DNA of 64,000 nt, from contig NC_092345.1 in NCBI RefSeq assembly GCF_963676685.1, positions 33,542,001-33,606,000 on the forward strand, read 5' to 3'. The position numbers were made by a program, and so were the translations under genes. The notes under the pieces were generated by a model that was given only the letters and a program-made list of their open reading frames with translations, did no database searches and was not told where the DNA came from. Below, piece after piece: positions 38,129 through 51,100 of the stretch (its first letter is position 1; the number at the start of each line of letters is the position of its first letter). This DNA comes from Mytilus edulis (Eukaryota).

Positions 38129-40140
38129 ATGGGGAAACGAAACAAGTACAGAAATTATGCTCTAGAGGATATCAAAAATGCAGTACAAATGGTTGAAAAT
38201 AAGTCAATGTCAATTCGATCCGCATTACGACAATACAATGTACCAAAAACTACTATTATAGACAAACTTAATGGCAGATCTAGTCTTCAAGCAAGATCAG
38301 GACCTAGTCCGGTATTATTTGATAGTGAGGAAGAAATGCTAGTCCACTGGGTCATAGATATGGCAAAAATCGGCTATGGCCAAACAAGACAGCAACTTCT
38401 GTATACGGTGAAGACAATTTTGGATCATGACGGTAGGAAAATACCATTTAAAGATAATTTGCCGGGTAAGGATTGGTTATATGCTTTCATGAAACGCCAT
38501 CCTGAGATTTCTACTCGCAATCCGCAGAAACTTGGTAAGGAACGCGCAGTTATATCTTGGCAAAAAATAAAATGGTGGTTTGAAGATTTTGCAAAGTACC
38601 TAACGGAAAATTATGAAGAGGGAATAAATATATTGAAAGATGCTTCCCGCATATATAACGCAGATGAAAGTGGTTTTCCGCAAGATCCAAAATCTGGTAA
38701 AATTTTGGCTGCTAAAGGCAGTAAGAATGTGTATTCAACATGTTCAGCTGACAAATCACAGATAACAGTTCTTGCATGTATGAGTGCAACAGCACACTAC
38801 TTACCACCTATGCTTGTATTTCCAGGGGAGCGTTTCCGGTTTAATCCACTAGAAGGTTTCACTGAAGCAGTACTTGGTCGGACAAAGACTGGTTGGATGG
38901 ATTCCGAACTATTTTACACCTGGGTGCGTGATCATTTTATTACTGCCATAAAGGACCGAAAAGTAAAGCTACCGGTTATTTTGCTGGTGGATGGACATAC
39001 TAGTCATATTAGTCTGGAAACAGCTCAGCTTTGTAAGTCTGAGAATGTTATATTGTACTGTTTGCTCGAACATGCAAGTCATATATTACAGCCTTGTGAT
39101 GTTACTCTGTTTGGGCCTTTGAAGAAGCACTGGAGAGATTCAGTGAGAGATTACCAGTTCAAAAATCCGGGTGAATTTGTCACAAAAGGTACCTTTGCTT
39201 CTGTATTTAAGTCGGCGTGGGCAAAAGGAACAACAGTTGATGTAGTAATTAAAGGTTTCCGTCATACGGGGCTTTATCCATTTTCAGTTGAAAGTGTAGA
39301 TAAATCTAAAGTCGAGCCATCTGAAGTATTTGCCAGGGCAAAACCAGACCAGGATCTCGGTAATGACGACGATATGAATTGTAAAGATGCCCAGGTTGAT
39401 AGTCGTCCAGCTACCAATAGTTCTGGGACCTACAATCTAGATCAAGAACCCGTACAAATTGCTGATGAGGCAGATACAGAAATTGCTTTAATGCCATCTG
39501 AAACTTTTGACTCTGTCTCATGTGAAACATCACATACAATAGTTGAAAAATTGCATGATCATCCTCCTTGTCTTTATCCAGAAACCATCATACAAGTTAA
39601 TCCATGCAATGTCAATGTAACACCACACAAAGACGAAAACAAACAATCGTGTGAAAAAGCACCTTCATCATCTTTTGAACTCCTACTTGTTACTCCAAGT
39701 GAACAAAAGACTATCAAGAAAAAGAAAACTCGCACTGTACTACCAAAAGCCGTATCGGGATCGGAAATGATAAAAATTTTAGAGAATAGAAAACAGCAGA
39801 AAGAAGATGAACAGGAAATGAAAGAAAAGCGTAAGATTGATAGAGAATTAAAACGCAAACTAAAGGAAGAGGAAAATGCTAAAAAGGAAGAGAAAAAAAC
39901 GAAAAAAAGAAAAGAATGGAAGAAAATAAGAAACGTAAATTATCCAAAAAACAAAAGAAATCGGAGAAATCGACTACTTCCAGGCTTTGTTCCAAGTGTT
40001 TACTTGAAACAGACGATGTTTATATATGTTGCGAGATTTGCTCCTCCTTTTATCATGCAAAATGCTCTGGTGTTGACTTTTCTTGTGTGCATATTGACGA
40101 CATCGTTAGCTTTCCATATGAGTGTGATGATTGCCTCTAA
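38129..40140 (+). pseudogene. pogo transposase: HTH_psq + CENP-B HTH + DDE_1 (DD35D) + C-terminal PHD finger, with one frameshift at ~39895
   Basis: ATG at 38129 after a TTTCAG acceptor; YNVPKTTI; YNADESG, LLVDGH-x-QPCD with 35-residue spacing; the ORF at 39916-40140 supplies a C4HC3 finger (CSKC...CCEIC..YHAKC...CDDC). Confidence 0.88.
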
Positions 40141-40319
40141 AAACCGTCAGATATATTATGTGACAAAATTTTCAAAATGAATGTATGACTTGTTACAAAT
40201 TCTATATATTTATTACTACAGTGCAATGATTTAAAAAAATAATATTGCTACATGTATACTGTGATGCATTATCTGTTGTTATTTTCGATAGTTGGAACAC
40301 ATTTTTTTGGGGAGTCATT

Positions 40320-40590
40320 AGTCTTTGGTACGGGTGTGTGTTGCACAGTCTTTAGTTTTTTTGTGTGGTTCTTGTTGCAGTCTAGTTTTTGTGGGGCTCG
40401 TGTTGATCAATCTTTAGTTTTTTGTGGGATTCGTGTTGCAGTCTTATGTTTTTGTGGGGTTCGTGTTGCACAGTCTAGTTTTTTGTGGGTTTCGTGTTGC
40501 ACAATCTTTAGTTTTTGTAGGGTTAGTGATGTCCAGTCTTTAGTTCTTTGTGGGGTTTGTGTTGCTTACTCTTAGTTTTCTGTGTTGGGT
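40320..40590. repeat. GT-rich minisatellite (~31-33 bp unit)
   Basis: About 8 copies of GTTGCACAGTCTTTAGTTTTTTGTGGGGTTCGT. Confidence 0.85.
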
Positions 40591-41659
40591 ATGTGTGGAC
40601 TGTCGTCGTATTTTTTTAGTTTAATTGTCCCGTATTTTATCTTAGAATACAGAACATTTTGAAAAATGATAAATTCAGCGTGGCATCGGCAATTTGTTAT
40701 AATCGTTTTTCTGATAAATACATTTTTGTCTTAAATAATTACTTGCCGTAACTTTAGGGAGAAACTATTTTATTTTTATTTGTTTGAGGGGTATAGCATA
40801 ATGTTAGTCCTATAATATAAGCCTTCTTGTGTTCAATGCATATTCAAGCGCGTGTTCTTTATCAATCAATTATATGGACCGTAAAAGGGCACACTGAATG
40901 AACAATATCACGTGCACCACTATAATTATTCACACAAAGAAACACTTACTTTATTCATCTGACAATTTGATCTTATCAATACAGGTCACGACAATTAATT
41001 TAAATTCGCACAAGTATTCACAAGCCCCGTGCAAGCAGTTGTAGAGGTTCATTTTTTCTTGTGAAATCCGCTTAAAACAGGTAATTCGAAATTTTCAGAA
41101 ACACAGCATTGATTTTTTTTAAAGCCTGCATGCCTGAATAATATCTGTTGCTGATCAAAACTTGTAACGTTCGTGTGAATACCGAAACGGTATCACTTTG
41201 AGAAGTTAAATGGCCGTTTATCTCCACTTACGATGGCAAAATAATTATCAAAGTTAAACACTTCATGAACAATTGATTCTGGGGTCGAACCCGAATATAC
41301 TGTTATCAGTGATATGACAGAAGGAAATTAGAAAGTGGTCGAAAATGTCCGACCGTGGTCGAAAATACCCGAACATGGTCGAAAATACCCGAATATTTAA
41401 CAACGTCAAAATAGTCATTACTAATGCAATTATCAAAAATTAAGTATTGTTTCTTCGACGAAAATAATGTCCAATATGTAAAGATGTCCACTTGTAACGT
41501 GAAGATGACCATTGTTTTTTCTCTGACGTCACAATCGAATTTACCGTTAAGTGGTCGAAAACTGCCGACGTTGCCCTATAACGATTAAAAAATGAAATCG
41601 TAAACATTTAAATAAAATGATCAAATGTATACGTGGGATTATTTGATTAGACCAGAAGG

Positions 41660-41965
41660 TAGCAGCAATTTGTTGTTGACGTGAACATTATGAAATGTTA
41701 TTGATCTGATAATTTTCTGTAAATTTATTGATTCTTAATTTTTAAATTATTCAAAACATTTATAATTGGGATATCTATAATAATAAATGGCATTTGCTGT
41801 ATTTGGTACATTTGTTTTATTTATTTTCAAATTTTAATTCTCTACTACTTTACATTCATTTGATCTTCCGACTGTTTTGATTTTCGCCCCATTTATGAGT
41901 GTCTCGTAAGCAAAACACGCATCCGGCGTCTCCAATTATAAAGTCTGTATCGTTTATGACTTTTC
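41660..41965 (+). mobile_element. Paralogous fossil retrozyme monomer upstream of the DUF229 pseudogene exon
   Basis: Aligns with 25285-25582; the hammerhead remnant at ~41884-41930 is more decayed. Confidence 0.6.
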
Positions 41966-42160
41966 TTAAAAAATATTTTAAACATATTTTTTATTTTCCA
42001 GGTAAGATTGAAAATATGGATGCTTAGCTTAAATTGAATCAATCACGTAATTAATGCATACATTTTCAAAGAAAAAATACTCAGTTGTATAGGAGATGTC
42101 AATACAATTTGTTAATAATACAGTGAAAACAAAAGAACTGACGTGAGTAGCAATCAGAAC

Positions 42161-44112
42161 ATGAGGAACCAACGCATTTTCCTTTCTTTAATGTTAAAAC
42201 TTTTAGTTTTCATATCAGTTTATTATGCATATTACCAGCATTTTCGGTCAAGCCAATACAAGGTTCTAGAATCAAACGAACGTCTACCTACTATAACTGA
42301 ATTTAGAAATACTAGTGGCCCTTTTTTAGTAGATACTTCAGCGTGCAAAATTCCGTATATAGATCCGTTTGATAAATCATTGAAACACATGTTCAGAAAA
42401 GGAACAGCCTTAAAGTGTGCCGTCATCAATGATGTAGTATACTCGAATGGAAATACTATATTCATAAATTGGAAAGCTGTTAATAACTCGCAACTTAAAA
42501 ATAGAATGAAATACTGCAAATATGAAGTCATTTGGAGGCCATACAATAAAAAGCGTCACCACAACTTTTTTATGTTTAAAAACGAAAGTAAAGAATTCGT
42601 AGATCGTACTGATATATCAAATGAATTCATTCGTGTTAAATGCTACACTGGAGGTGGTCTAGACGTGTATACAAATTTCTTCTCTTTTGTTCATTTAAAA
42701 GCAGATGTTGAGGATCGATGTGAAAAAAATGCCATTAAGTTTGCAAACACACGACAAGAGCAGTTAAATGTTTTGATGATGGGTATTGATTCAATAGCTA
42801 GAAATAATATGCTACGCTATATGAAGGAAACTTGGAAATATTTAGTAAACACACAAAACGCAATAGATTTACTTGGCTATAATAAAGTTGCTGATAACAC
42901 TTTTCCAAATATAGTTTCAATGACAGCAGAAAAATTTGTAAATGAATTACCACGGAAAGAATCATTAAGGTTGGTGCCAATGGACAACTATAATTTCATA
43001 TGGAACAATTATTCTGCAAAGGGGTATAGAACGTTCTATGCCGAAGATTATCCTGATATAGCAATCTTTAATTGTAACAAAGCTGGATTTAATATACCTC
43101 CAGGAGATTACTTCAATAGGCCTTTAAGTCTTGATAAGGAAAAAAAATAAAAAGGTTTGGAATTCCAATCACTATTGTGTACATGGGAGAACAGAAACTG
43201 ATATAGTTCTAGACTATTTAAAGAAATATGCTACGATGTTTCAGTCTAAGCAACACTTTTCCTTTACATTTTTTTCAAGGCTCACACATGATTATCTCCA
43301 CGAAACATATAAAGCAGATAAAATTTACCTTAAGTTTTTCAAAGACTTGTTTGAAAATGATATCTTAAAAAACACAGTTGTATTCTTTTTCAGTGATCAT
43401 GGGATGCGTTTTTTGCCCTTTTAGAGAAACATTTGCTGGAAAATTGGAAGAACGTCTTCCTTTTATGCTGATTGTATTCCCTTCATGGTTCATTAAAAAG
43501 TATCCAGAAGTTCACAGAAATTTGCAAATAAATGCAAGAAGACTTACAACTCCTTTCGATATCTTTGCCACATTAGAACATATTTTAGATTTCAATGGAA
43601 TTGAGAAAAAGCAAGTGACAAAGCAACGATCAATGAGCTTACTTCATGAAATTCCCGAAAAAAGAACTTGTGACGAAGCTGGTATCCTACCTCATTGGTG
43701 TACTTGTTCTAAACTTACAACATAAGATATTCAAAATAAGACAATTATCCAAATTGGTCATGCTTTTGTATCTAAGATTAACCAAAATTTAAGGCATTCT
43801 TTTGACGTTTGTGAAAAATTGTACTTGAAGTCTATAAACTATGCTCTGCTTGTAATACCAGCCGACAAAGTGCTGCGATACGGAAAGACATATAAATATG
43901 GCGATCGCATTAAGTCTTATATTGATTACCAGATAACCATTCAAACAAAGCCAGGAGATGCTATCATTGAAGGGACGTTACGGTTTGACGAGAAAAGAAA
44001 AACATATGACTTAGTAGGTGATGTCAGTCGAATTAATAAGTACGGTGATCAATCACACTGTATTGAGCAAAATCACCTTAAAAAACTTTGCTACTGTAAA
44101 ATTCAACCATGA
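42161..44112 (+). pseudogene. DUF229 paralog, unprocessed pseudogene
   Basis: Full-length paralog of 25787-27736 with a +1 frameshift in an A-run (~43140), a +1 frameshift at ~43412 and TTA>TAA at 43723-43725. Confidence 0.9.
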
Positions 44113-46071
44113 AATGTCATTATCAGTCGATTTTATCAAACGTTCATTAAAGCCAAATGTTCCATTAAGATGAAATTTGAAGTCATCAACTATCGGAACG
44201 GCTTTCAAAGAAAAACCTTTCTATGCCCGATTTATCTGAATCAATAGTCCAGTTCCGGGATACGGTTTTCAGACGAAACTGTCATGTGACTGTCACCACT
44301 ACGTGACAAACATGTAGGCAATGAAATTTCCAACACATGTTGAGCAAGCGGGTGAAAATGTTTTAATTTATACTGCACAAAATATTAGGGAAATTAAAAT
44401 CTGAAAGGATGGTCATCCACCCTCGGTCAAAGGGCAATCACGGTTATGTACTTACGGAACATTACTTATTTATATACTACCCTACAGAATGACGATTATG
44501 AAAGTGCTGGAAATTTTCAAATGAGCAGGGAATCAGGCGCGTCTTCTATCTGGTAAATGACGTCATAAAGGCGTTTGAAATTGACGATCTTGTCCGATGA
44601 AAGACATGCATCCAGAAATGACCTTTTGTCAATACATTTAAATAAGAAGATGTGGTATAAGTGCTAATGAGACAACATTGCAACAAAGTCACAATGTAGA
44701 AAACGTAGTAAATGTTAACAATAAAATTAGTTTTGATCAAATTACAACCTTCATTTCAGAGCCTTGACCCAAACCGAACATCAAACTATATATAAAGGGC
44801 CCTACAATAATAAAGGTAAAGCTATTCAAGCAGTGAACATTAACATATGGCTTTGCTCATTGTTGAAGACCCTCCAGTGACTATAGTTGTTAATTTCTGT
44901 GTCATTTGGTCTCTTGTGGAGACATTTCTCATTGGTGATCATACCACATCTTCTTTTTTTATATTAAATGCAGGGTTTATTACTCGTGCTGTGTTGATTC
45001 AGTAGGATGTGACCCTTTGCTTTAAGTGTATACCCTTATATTTTTACGATGTTTTTTTTTGTTTGTGAGAGAGTTGTCTACATGATTTTTGTGTTTTTTT
45101 GTATATGTTTGTTTGTCTTGATATTGTAACACAGTGATGACTGCAGTAACCATATTTTAACTATTTTACCGATTATGTCTCTTTTGTTCACGCAACGGAA
45201 TTTGAGGCTACTGTCATAAAAATGAGAGGTTTAGCGCTATAAATCCAGGTTCAATACACCAATTTCTATATTTGTAAATGCCTATAACAAGTCTGGAATA
45301 TGACAGTTGTTGTCCATTCGTTTGATGTGTTTTATCCTTTAATTTTGCCATTTGATAACACAACTACGGACGCCAAGTGATGCTAACAGCATGTAATTCA
45401 CTCTTCTTTCTCCAGGAAACTAATCACAGATGTTAAGTTCTTGTTTGTTAATCTTATATGCAGATCAGTTAATAATAACTTTAAACCAGAGTTTCTGTTA
45501 TGCCCTAATCTAAGATGAAGTGGAGGGACACCATTTCTGGCCAACTTCGTCACTGCTGCTAATGACATCAATTTTTGTTGTAAAATTTCATCATATCTTT
45601 TCTTCACATCATGAAATATGTGGGAAAGGTCTTCATCAAGGACTTCCTTCTCTATTTTTTCTGACTATACTCTTACATCTTCTTTTGCATCATGCACTTG
45701 ATATGTGCAGTTTGTAAGAAGTTTACTGACGAGATTTTCCTGCTTGTAGTTGCCAACATCAGACTTTTGGAAGATTCTTTGTGAAATTTTCAGAGTGTGA
45801 ACAAAACCAAAAACATGAGAAAAAAATTCTGAAAATAATTTGAATTCAGCCATTCTATTGCAAACAATGGGAATGTCAAAATTACAGGCATTGTGTCCTA
45901 CAAGTACGGGTTGAGGGAATTTCTTTAAATACTCAATAAAATCCAAAAGAGCTTCTTGTATTGGTTTTGATAAGACTGGAATACCTCTATGGAACATAGT
46001 ATTTGTTCCCCTATCATATCTTAGCATATTCACAGCAGATGCCTGTTCAGAAATTTCACAACTGAGCATAT

Positions 46072-46567
46072 AGATATAGGAAGATGTGGTGTGAGTGCCA
46101 ATGAGACAACTCTCCATACAAATAACAATTTAAAAAGTAAACCATTATAGGTTAAAGTACGGCCTTCAACACGGAGCCTTGGATCACACCGAACAACAAG
46201 CTATAAAGGGCCCCAAAATTACTAGTGTAAAACCATTCAAACGGGAAAACCAACGGTCTAATCTATATAAACAAAACGAGAAACGAGAAACACGTATATA
46301 TTACATAAACAAACGACAACTACTGTACATCAGATTCCTGACTTAGGACAGGTGCAAACATTTGCAGCGGGATTAAACGTTTTAATGGACCCAAACCTTC
46401 TCCCTTTTTCTGAAACAATAGCATAACATCACAACAAAGAAAAACATACGATACAATATCAATTGGCAGACTTAACTCAATCAAAAAACCTATGATTAAA
46501 CAATGAACGAATAAATTTGATCTGCGATATCTGAATACAAATGCACAGTTAATCAAATATTAGAGAC
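46072..46567 (-). mobile_element. Non-autonomous repeat (...CACACCACATCTTCC terminus) inserted into the exonuclease exon
   Basis: Removing it restores FNVY|MLSCEISEQASAVN; same terminal motif as 1085-1873. Confidence 0.75.
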
Positions 46568-47087
46568 ACACATTAAAATCATTACCAGCTGCTATCTGCA
46601 ATATGTCACTATTTCTCCCTCTGTCAGTTGTTTCTGTATCAAATACAACGTATGTGAATTGATTTTCTGGTAGTGTTAATCTATTTGGAATTTCTGTTGT
46701 TTGGGTGAGTTCTTCATCTTGATATAATTCAGCAGCTTTAGAGTAGGTAACACCTGCATGAATTTCCTTAGTTTCTTCTTTCCGACTTTTCAATAATTAT
46801 TTTACCAGACGTTTTCTCTTTGCTTGTAAACTAATCTGCTTCGCTTTTTGAAGCTTTCTCTTTGCAGCAATTTTTAAGGCCATTCTAAAGGTGAATTCAC
46901 CAGGAGATAATCCTACAGCCTTGTTAACCTATGAAAAAGTGAAAATACTTATTGCCACTAGCTTTATAAATCAAATATAAAGATATAGATTGTAGAGCAT
47001 TTGATGAAAAAGTGACTGAAGTCAATTCTTTCCTCAGATAGATCTTTTTTATACTTTGCCAAAATAAAGTTTTGTCTATGCTTTTTA

Positions 47088-48158
47088 CAAACAGGAGTGC
47101 ACACACTGAAATGTCTCGCCTTCTTTACTACATGTAATCATTGATATTATGTTGATAGTCCTTAGTATAAAGCTTTATTAAAAACTGTCACATAAACTTA
47201 ACATTAACCAAGATAACTACACCTTGACCAATGAACCATGAAAATGAGGTCAAGGTCAGATGACCCATGCCAGGCAGACATGTACAGCTAACAATGCTTC
47301 CATACAACAAATATAGTTACTTACAGTTTAGGAAAAATAGACCAAAACACAAAAACTAAACACTGAGCAATGAACCGTGAAAATGAGGTCGAGGACAAAT
47401 AAAACCTGTGCGACTGACATATAGATCATAAAATATTTCCATACACCAAATATAGTTGACCTATGGCATATAGTATTAGATAAAAAGACCAAAACTCAAA
47501 AACTTAACTTTGACCACTCAACCATGAAAATGAGGTCAAGGTCAGATGACATCTGCCCACTAGACATGTACACCTTACAATCATTCCATACAACAAATAT
47601 AGTAGACCTATTGCATAAAGTATGAGAAAAACAGACCAAAACACAAAAACTTAACTATAACCACTGAACCATGAAAATGAGGTCAAGGTCAGATGACACC
47701 TGCCAGTTGGATATGTACACCTTACAGTCCTTCCATACATCGAATATACTAGCCCTATTGCTTATAGTATCTGAGATATGGACTTGACCACCAAAACTTA
47801 ACCTTGTTCGCTGATCCATGAAATGAGGTCGAGGTGAAATGAAAACTGTCTGACGGGCACGAGGACCTTGCAAGGTACGCACATACCAAATATAAATATC
47901 CTATTACTTATAATAAGAAATAATTCAACATTACAAAAAATCTGAACTTTTTTTCAAGTGGTCACTGAACCATGAAAATGAGGTCAAGGACATTTGATAT
48001 GTGACTGACGGAAACTTCGTAACATGAGGCATCTATATACAAAGTATGAAGCATCCAGGTCTTCCACCTTCTAAAATATAAAGCTTTTAAAAAGCTGCCG
48101 CCGGATCACTATCCCTATGTCGAGCTTTCTGCAACAAAAGTTGCAGGCTCGACAAAAA
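47088..48158 (-). mobile_element. Helentron-like HINE with an internal ~145-bp satellite array
   Basis: Minus-strand 5' TTTTTGTCGAGCCTGCAAC...GCTCGAC inverted repeat; about 6 repeats of TGAACCATGAAAATGAGGTCAAGG; 3' GGCGAGAC...GTGTGCAC-TCCTGTTT. Confidence 0.75.
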
Positions 48159-51100
48159 CTAATAAAAAGTATGGGTCCTGGGCTATTTTTCAAGCTACAG
48201 GTCATACAAATTGTTCAAATGTGCTCAGATTGTTCATGAAAAACACATTTTTGGCATATAAAGAAATCTATGAGAATTTTGAAATAAAATATAAGAAGAT
48301 AGGATTTTTAATATGCTTAAAGAAAATTGAAAGAAAAAATGTTGTCACCAAACTTGTTTTATTGCTACAAGTAAAATACTAAATTACTCTTTCAGTCCAG
48401 TACACACAAAAAATAGTAAAAGATTTATCTCCCCTTAAATGGCCAAGCTGAAAAAATGAATCTAAAAACACAAATATTTTGTATTTATTTGAAAATTTTG
48501 AATAATGCAATATATCACCAGATTTTCTTTCTATAAATCAACAGTCTAACCTATGAATTCCCAATCTGTCTCCAAATAAGCAGATTTATACCATGAATCT
48601 ATATTAAACATTCCAATTAAGGGGAAGTAAAAGATCTGCAAAACCTGGACCTGAGTTGATTGGTAACATAGAACAGCAAATAATACTATCTTAAATAACT
48701 AATTTGTGTTTTTTTCTTAAAGTACTATGTACTTTACCTGAAATGAGAAGGATTCTTCTGATAACTGCACCAGGTAACATCTTCATTGGCACAAAGAGAG
48801 TGGTCACCATATAAATGTGGAACTATAATATCCGGTGATTTTCTAAGACTCTCTGGCTCTTTTGTCTGGCATTCTTTTATGGCGTACATGAAGCATCTCC
48901 CAATGTAAGATATTACATTTGGTTGTTTTAGTACTTTATATTTGTGGCTAAGCTTATATAGTTTTGATGTGATGCCTTTTTTGGTGTGGTTACTGTCCTC
49001 TTTCTTCTCAATGGAAGGGAACACAGCTTTCATACGAGAAGTTGCGGTCGAGTCATTATCACCATGGATGACATCTATTGAACATCAAGTTTTCTCTGAC
49101 TCTCTGGCCATTGATATTGCCATGTCAGGCTGCATTGCCTTACTAGAACCGTCCCAGTTTTTTTAACATTCATGTACAGGTATAGTCTGGTTTTTGCTCT
49201 GATGTAGGGCACATATCTGGCAATATTTACTTCTAAGAGAGAACTGCAGTACCTTTCCTGTTTCGTTCCAAATTAATGATGCATTGCCTGAAATTATGGA
49301 CGTTATTTTTATTTAAAATGATTTCAAACAGGTAAATTACCATGAAGGCAGAGGTAAAAAGAGTTATGCCTCTTGTAAATATTAATTACATGTAAAATTA
49401 CAAGTGTACAATTTTTACCAGATTTTTATGACTTTTATATCATTGTTTTTTATCAGCAATGTCTAGGATAAATTAGAAAATCAGAGTATATCAATTATTT
49501 TCAAAAGATTTATGTCCCTTGAAAATATCAATTATTATATTGAAAAATTCATTGTAAGCATTCCAAATGATTCCAAATGCTTACATTTCTATAAGATAAT
49601 AATACTATAAGATAATAATACATTTGTACATGCAATATGAAAAGTTTAAAATAACTAAACATTTAATTTATTTTTTTATTATTGATCTTGGAGTAAGTTT
49701 AAGTTGGACAGATACAAAATGTGCAACATAAGGGACACTGACACTTTGTTCTTTTATTTTTTCTTATTCATTGTTTTTGTACATAAATCAGGCCATTAGT
49801 TTTCTCGTTTAAATTGTTTTCCATTTGTCATTTCAGGGCCCTTTAAATATTGGTTTTGCTCATTGTTCAAGACCATGGTGGGACATATAGTTGTTAATAT
49901 CTAAATGTTTTGGTTTATAGGGAATAGATGTCTAAATTTAGCAATCAAACCACATCTTTCTTATTTTTATACAAGTAAAAATAAACAGAAAAGTTCTCAC
50001 CTGTATTACTATTATAATTCCATCCTGTACCCCTTTTCTGCCACCCACCGTCAAAGCTTACTTCCATCTTTAAAAAAAATAGATACATATCTTAAATACA
50101 TGTACTGAAGAATTCATGTTAGGCAAGAAACAAAATTTGAATTGTTTGATGTTGCATAACCAACCATCTATAAAGGAGTCTACCTGTATTCTAAAAAAAA
50201 GCTGATTTTACAGAAGCAGATTTTGGCAACAGATTAGAAAATATTTTCCCTTTGATGAAAATGATGGAGAAAAAACATAATTACTTTGCCAAAAAAATGT
50301 TCAAAATATTGTTCCTGATCAACATCAAGCCAGTCCTGAATCAGCCACTTATTTAGAAATTTTGGTGTTTATGTTTATGCAATTGTAGTGAGTGAGTGTG
50401 CACTTTTCAATAATCACTATTTTCTAGTAAGTAACCATTCCATGAGTTTTCTTTGCTACGAAACAGGAGAAAAGCTCAGCAATTATAATCCTGGTACCTT
50501 TGATAACTATTTTCGTCCTGTTTTTGAAGCTCATACAAATAAATCTTATATTTTCCAACAATGTACATATATTGCATATTTATTCATGATAATTAAAATA
50601 AAAATAATCATTTGGAATTTTAAGTTTTTTACCTTTCCATTTCCCTTTTTAATTTCGTCCTTTTGGGCCTCAAGACAAGATTTTTTGGCTACAGTCTCCA
50701 GAGTTGTAGCAATCTTTTGTTCCCTTCTCTTAAGAGTGGACGGCACAACTGGTGGTAAATTTAAAGTTGCAAGCAAGTTAATTTGTACTGGGCCCATTCC
50801 TGTTTGTACCATGGCTACAATATTTTGCATACATATTAATTTTAAAGAACAATTGCTTCAAAGAACAGTCACATGTTTTATCACATTAAATGCATCAACA
50901 TGGAACAGAATTATCAATTCATTATTAAAATCATGATTGTCAAATTGACATATTTATTCTGTATTAATTTTCATGCAAGCTAAAGGAAAAGTTGAAAATG
51001 TATACATTGTACTGGATGAATGAATTTTTAGTCATTGAGCTTTATAATAAGTCACTTTAGCATACAGGGTTAAAAAATCAAAAGTATGTAAGAATTAATT

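Larger units (their letters stand above)
36537..41576 (+). mobile_element. pogo-superfamily (Fot-like, DD35D) DNA transposon, ~5 kb
   Basis: TA on both sides; imperfect TIRs GAGTACTGTCGGGTATTTTCGACCA / TGGTCGAAAACTGCCGACGTTGCCC; subterminal TGGTCGAAAA repeats at 41335-41392; contains a transposase ORF. Confidence 0.88.
45398..50830 (-). mobile_element. KolobokP-like DNA transposon remnant: intron-containing DDD/E transposase fused to a DEDDh exonuclease
   Basis: Exons: ~50633-50830 (GMGPVQIN.LLATLNLP), ~50001-50069 (VSFDGGWQKRG..YNSNTG), ~48739-49288 (CQIC..HEC*KNWDGSSKAM..GDNDST..DSNH..HLYGDH..WC), and ~46928-45398 (LSPG..YVVFDTETT..ILQIAA..LVGHN..FD..HDAKEDV). GT/AG boundaries are visible; stops are present. 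Confidence 0.8.
29706..51057 (+). repeat. Segmental duplication unit 2 of the DUF229 tandem array
   Basis: 29831-32430 matches 22199-25273; 41645-46030 matches 25270-29703; expanded by unit-specific transposons. Confidence 0.88.

Noticed and set aside
38075-40180. The 701-aa ORF as called in the track
   Set aside because: It starts at a non-ATG codon upstream of a splice acceptor, and its C-terminus is out of frame; the real end is the PHD finger at 40140.
43131-43150. DUF229 copy 2 being intact with sequencing errors
   Set aside because: One lesion is in a homopolymer, but a second frameshift and a substitution nonsense codon make a true pseudogene more likely.
45398-46793. Stand-alone host exonuclease or PML-like gene
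   Set aside because: It is contiguous with transposase exons and has stops and an insertion.
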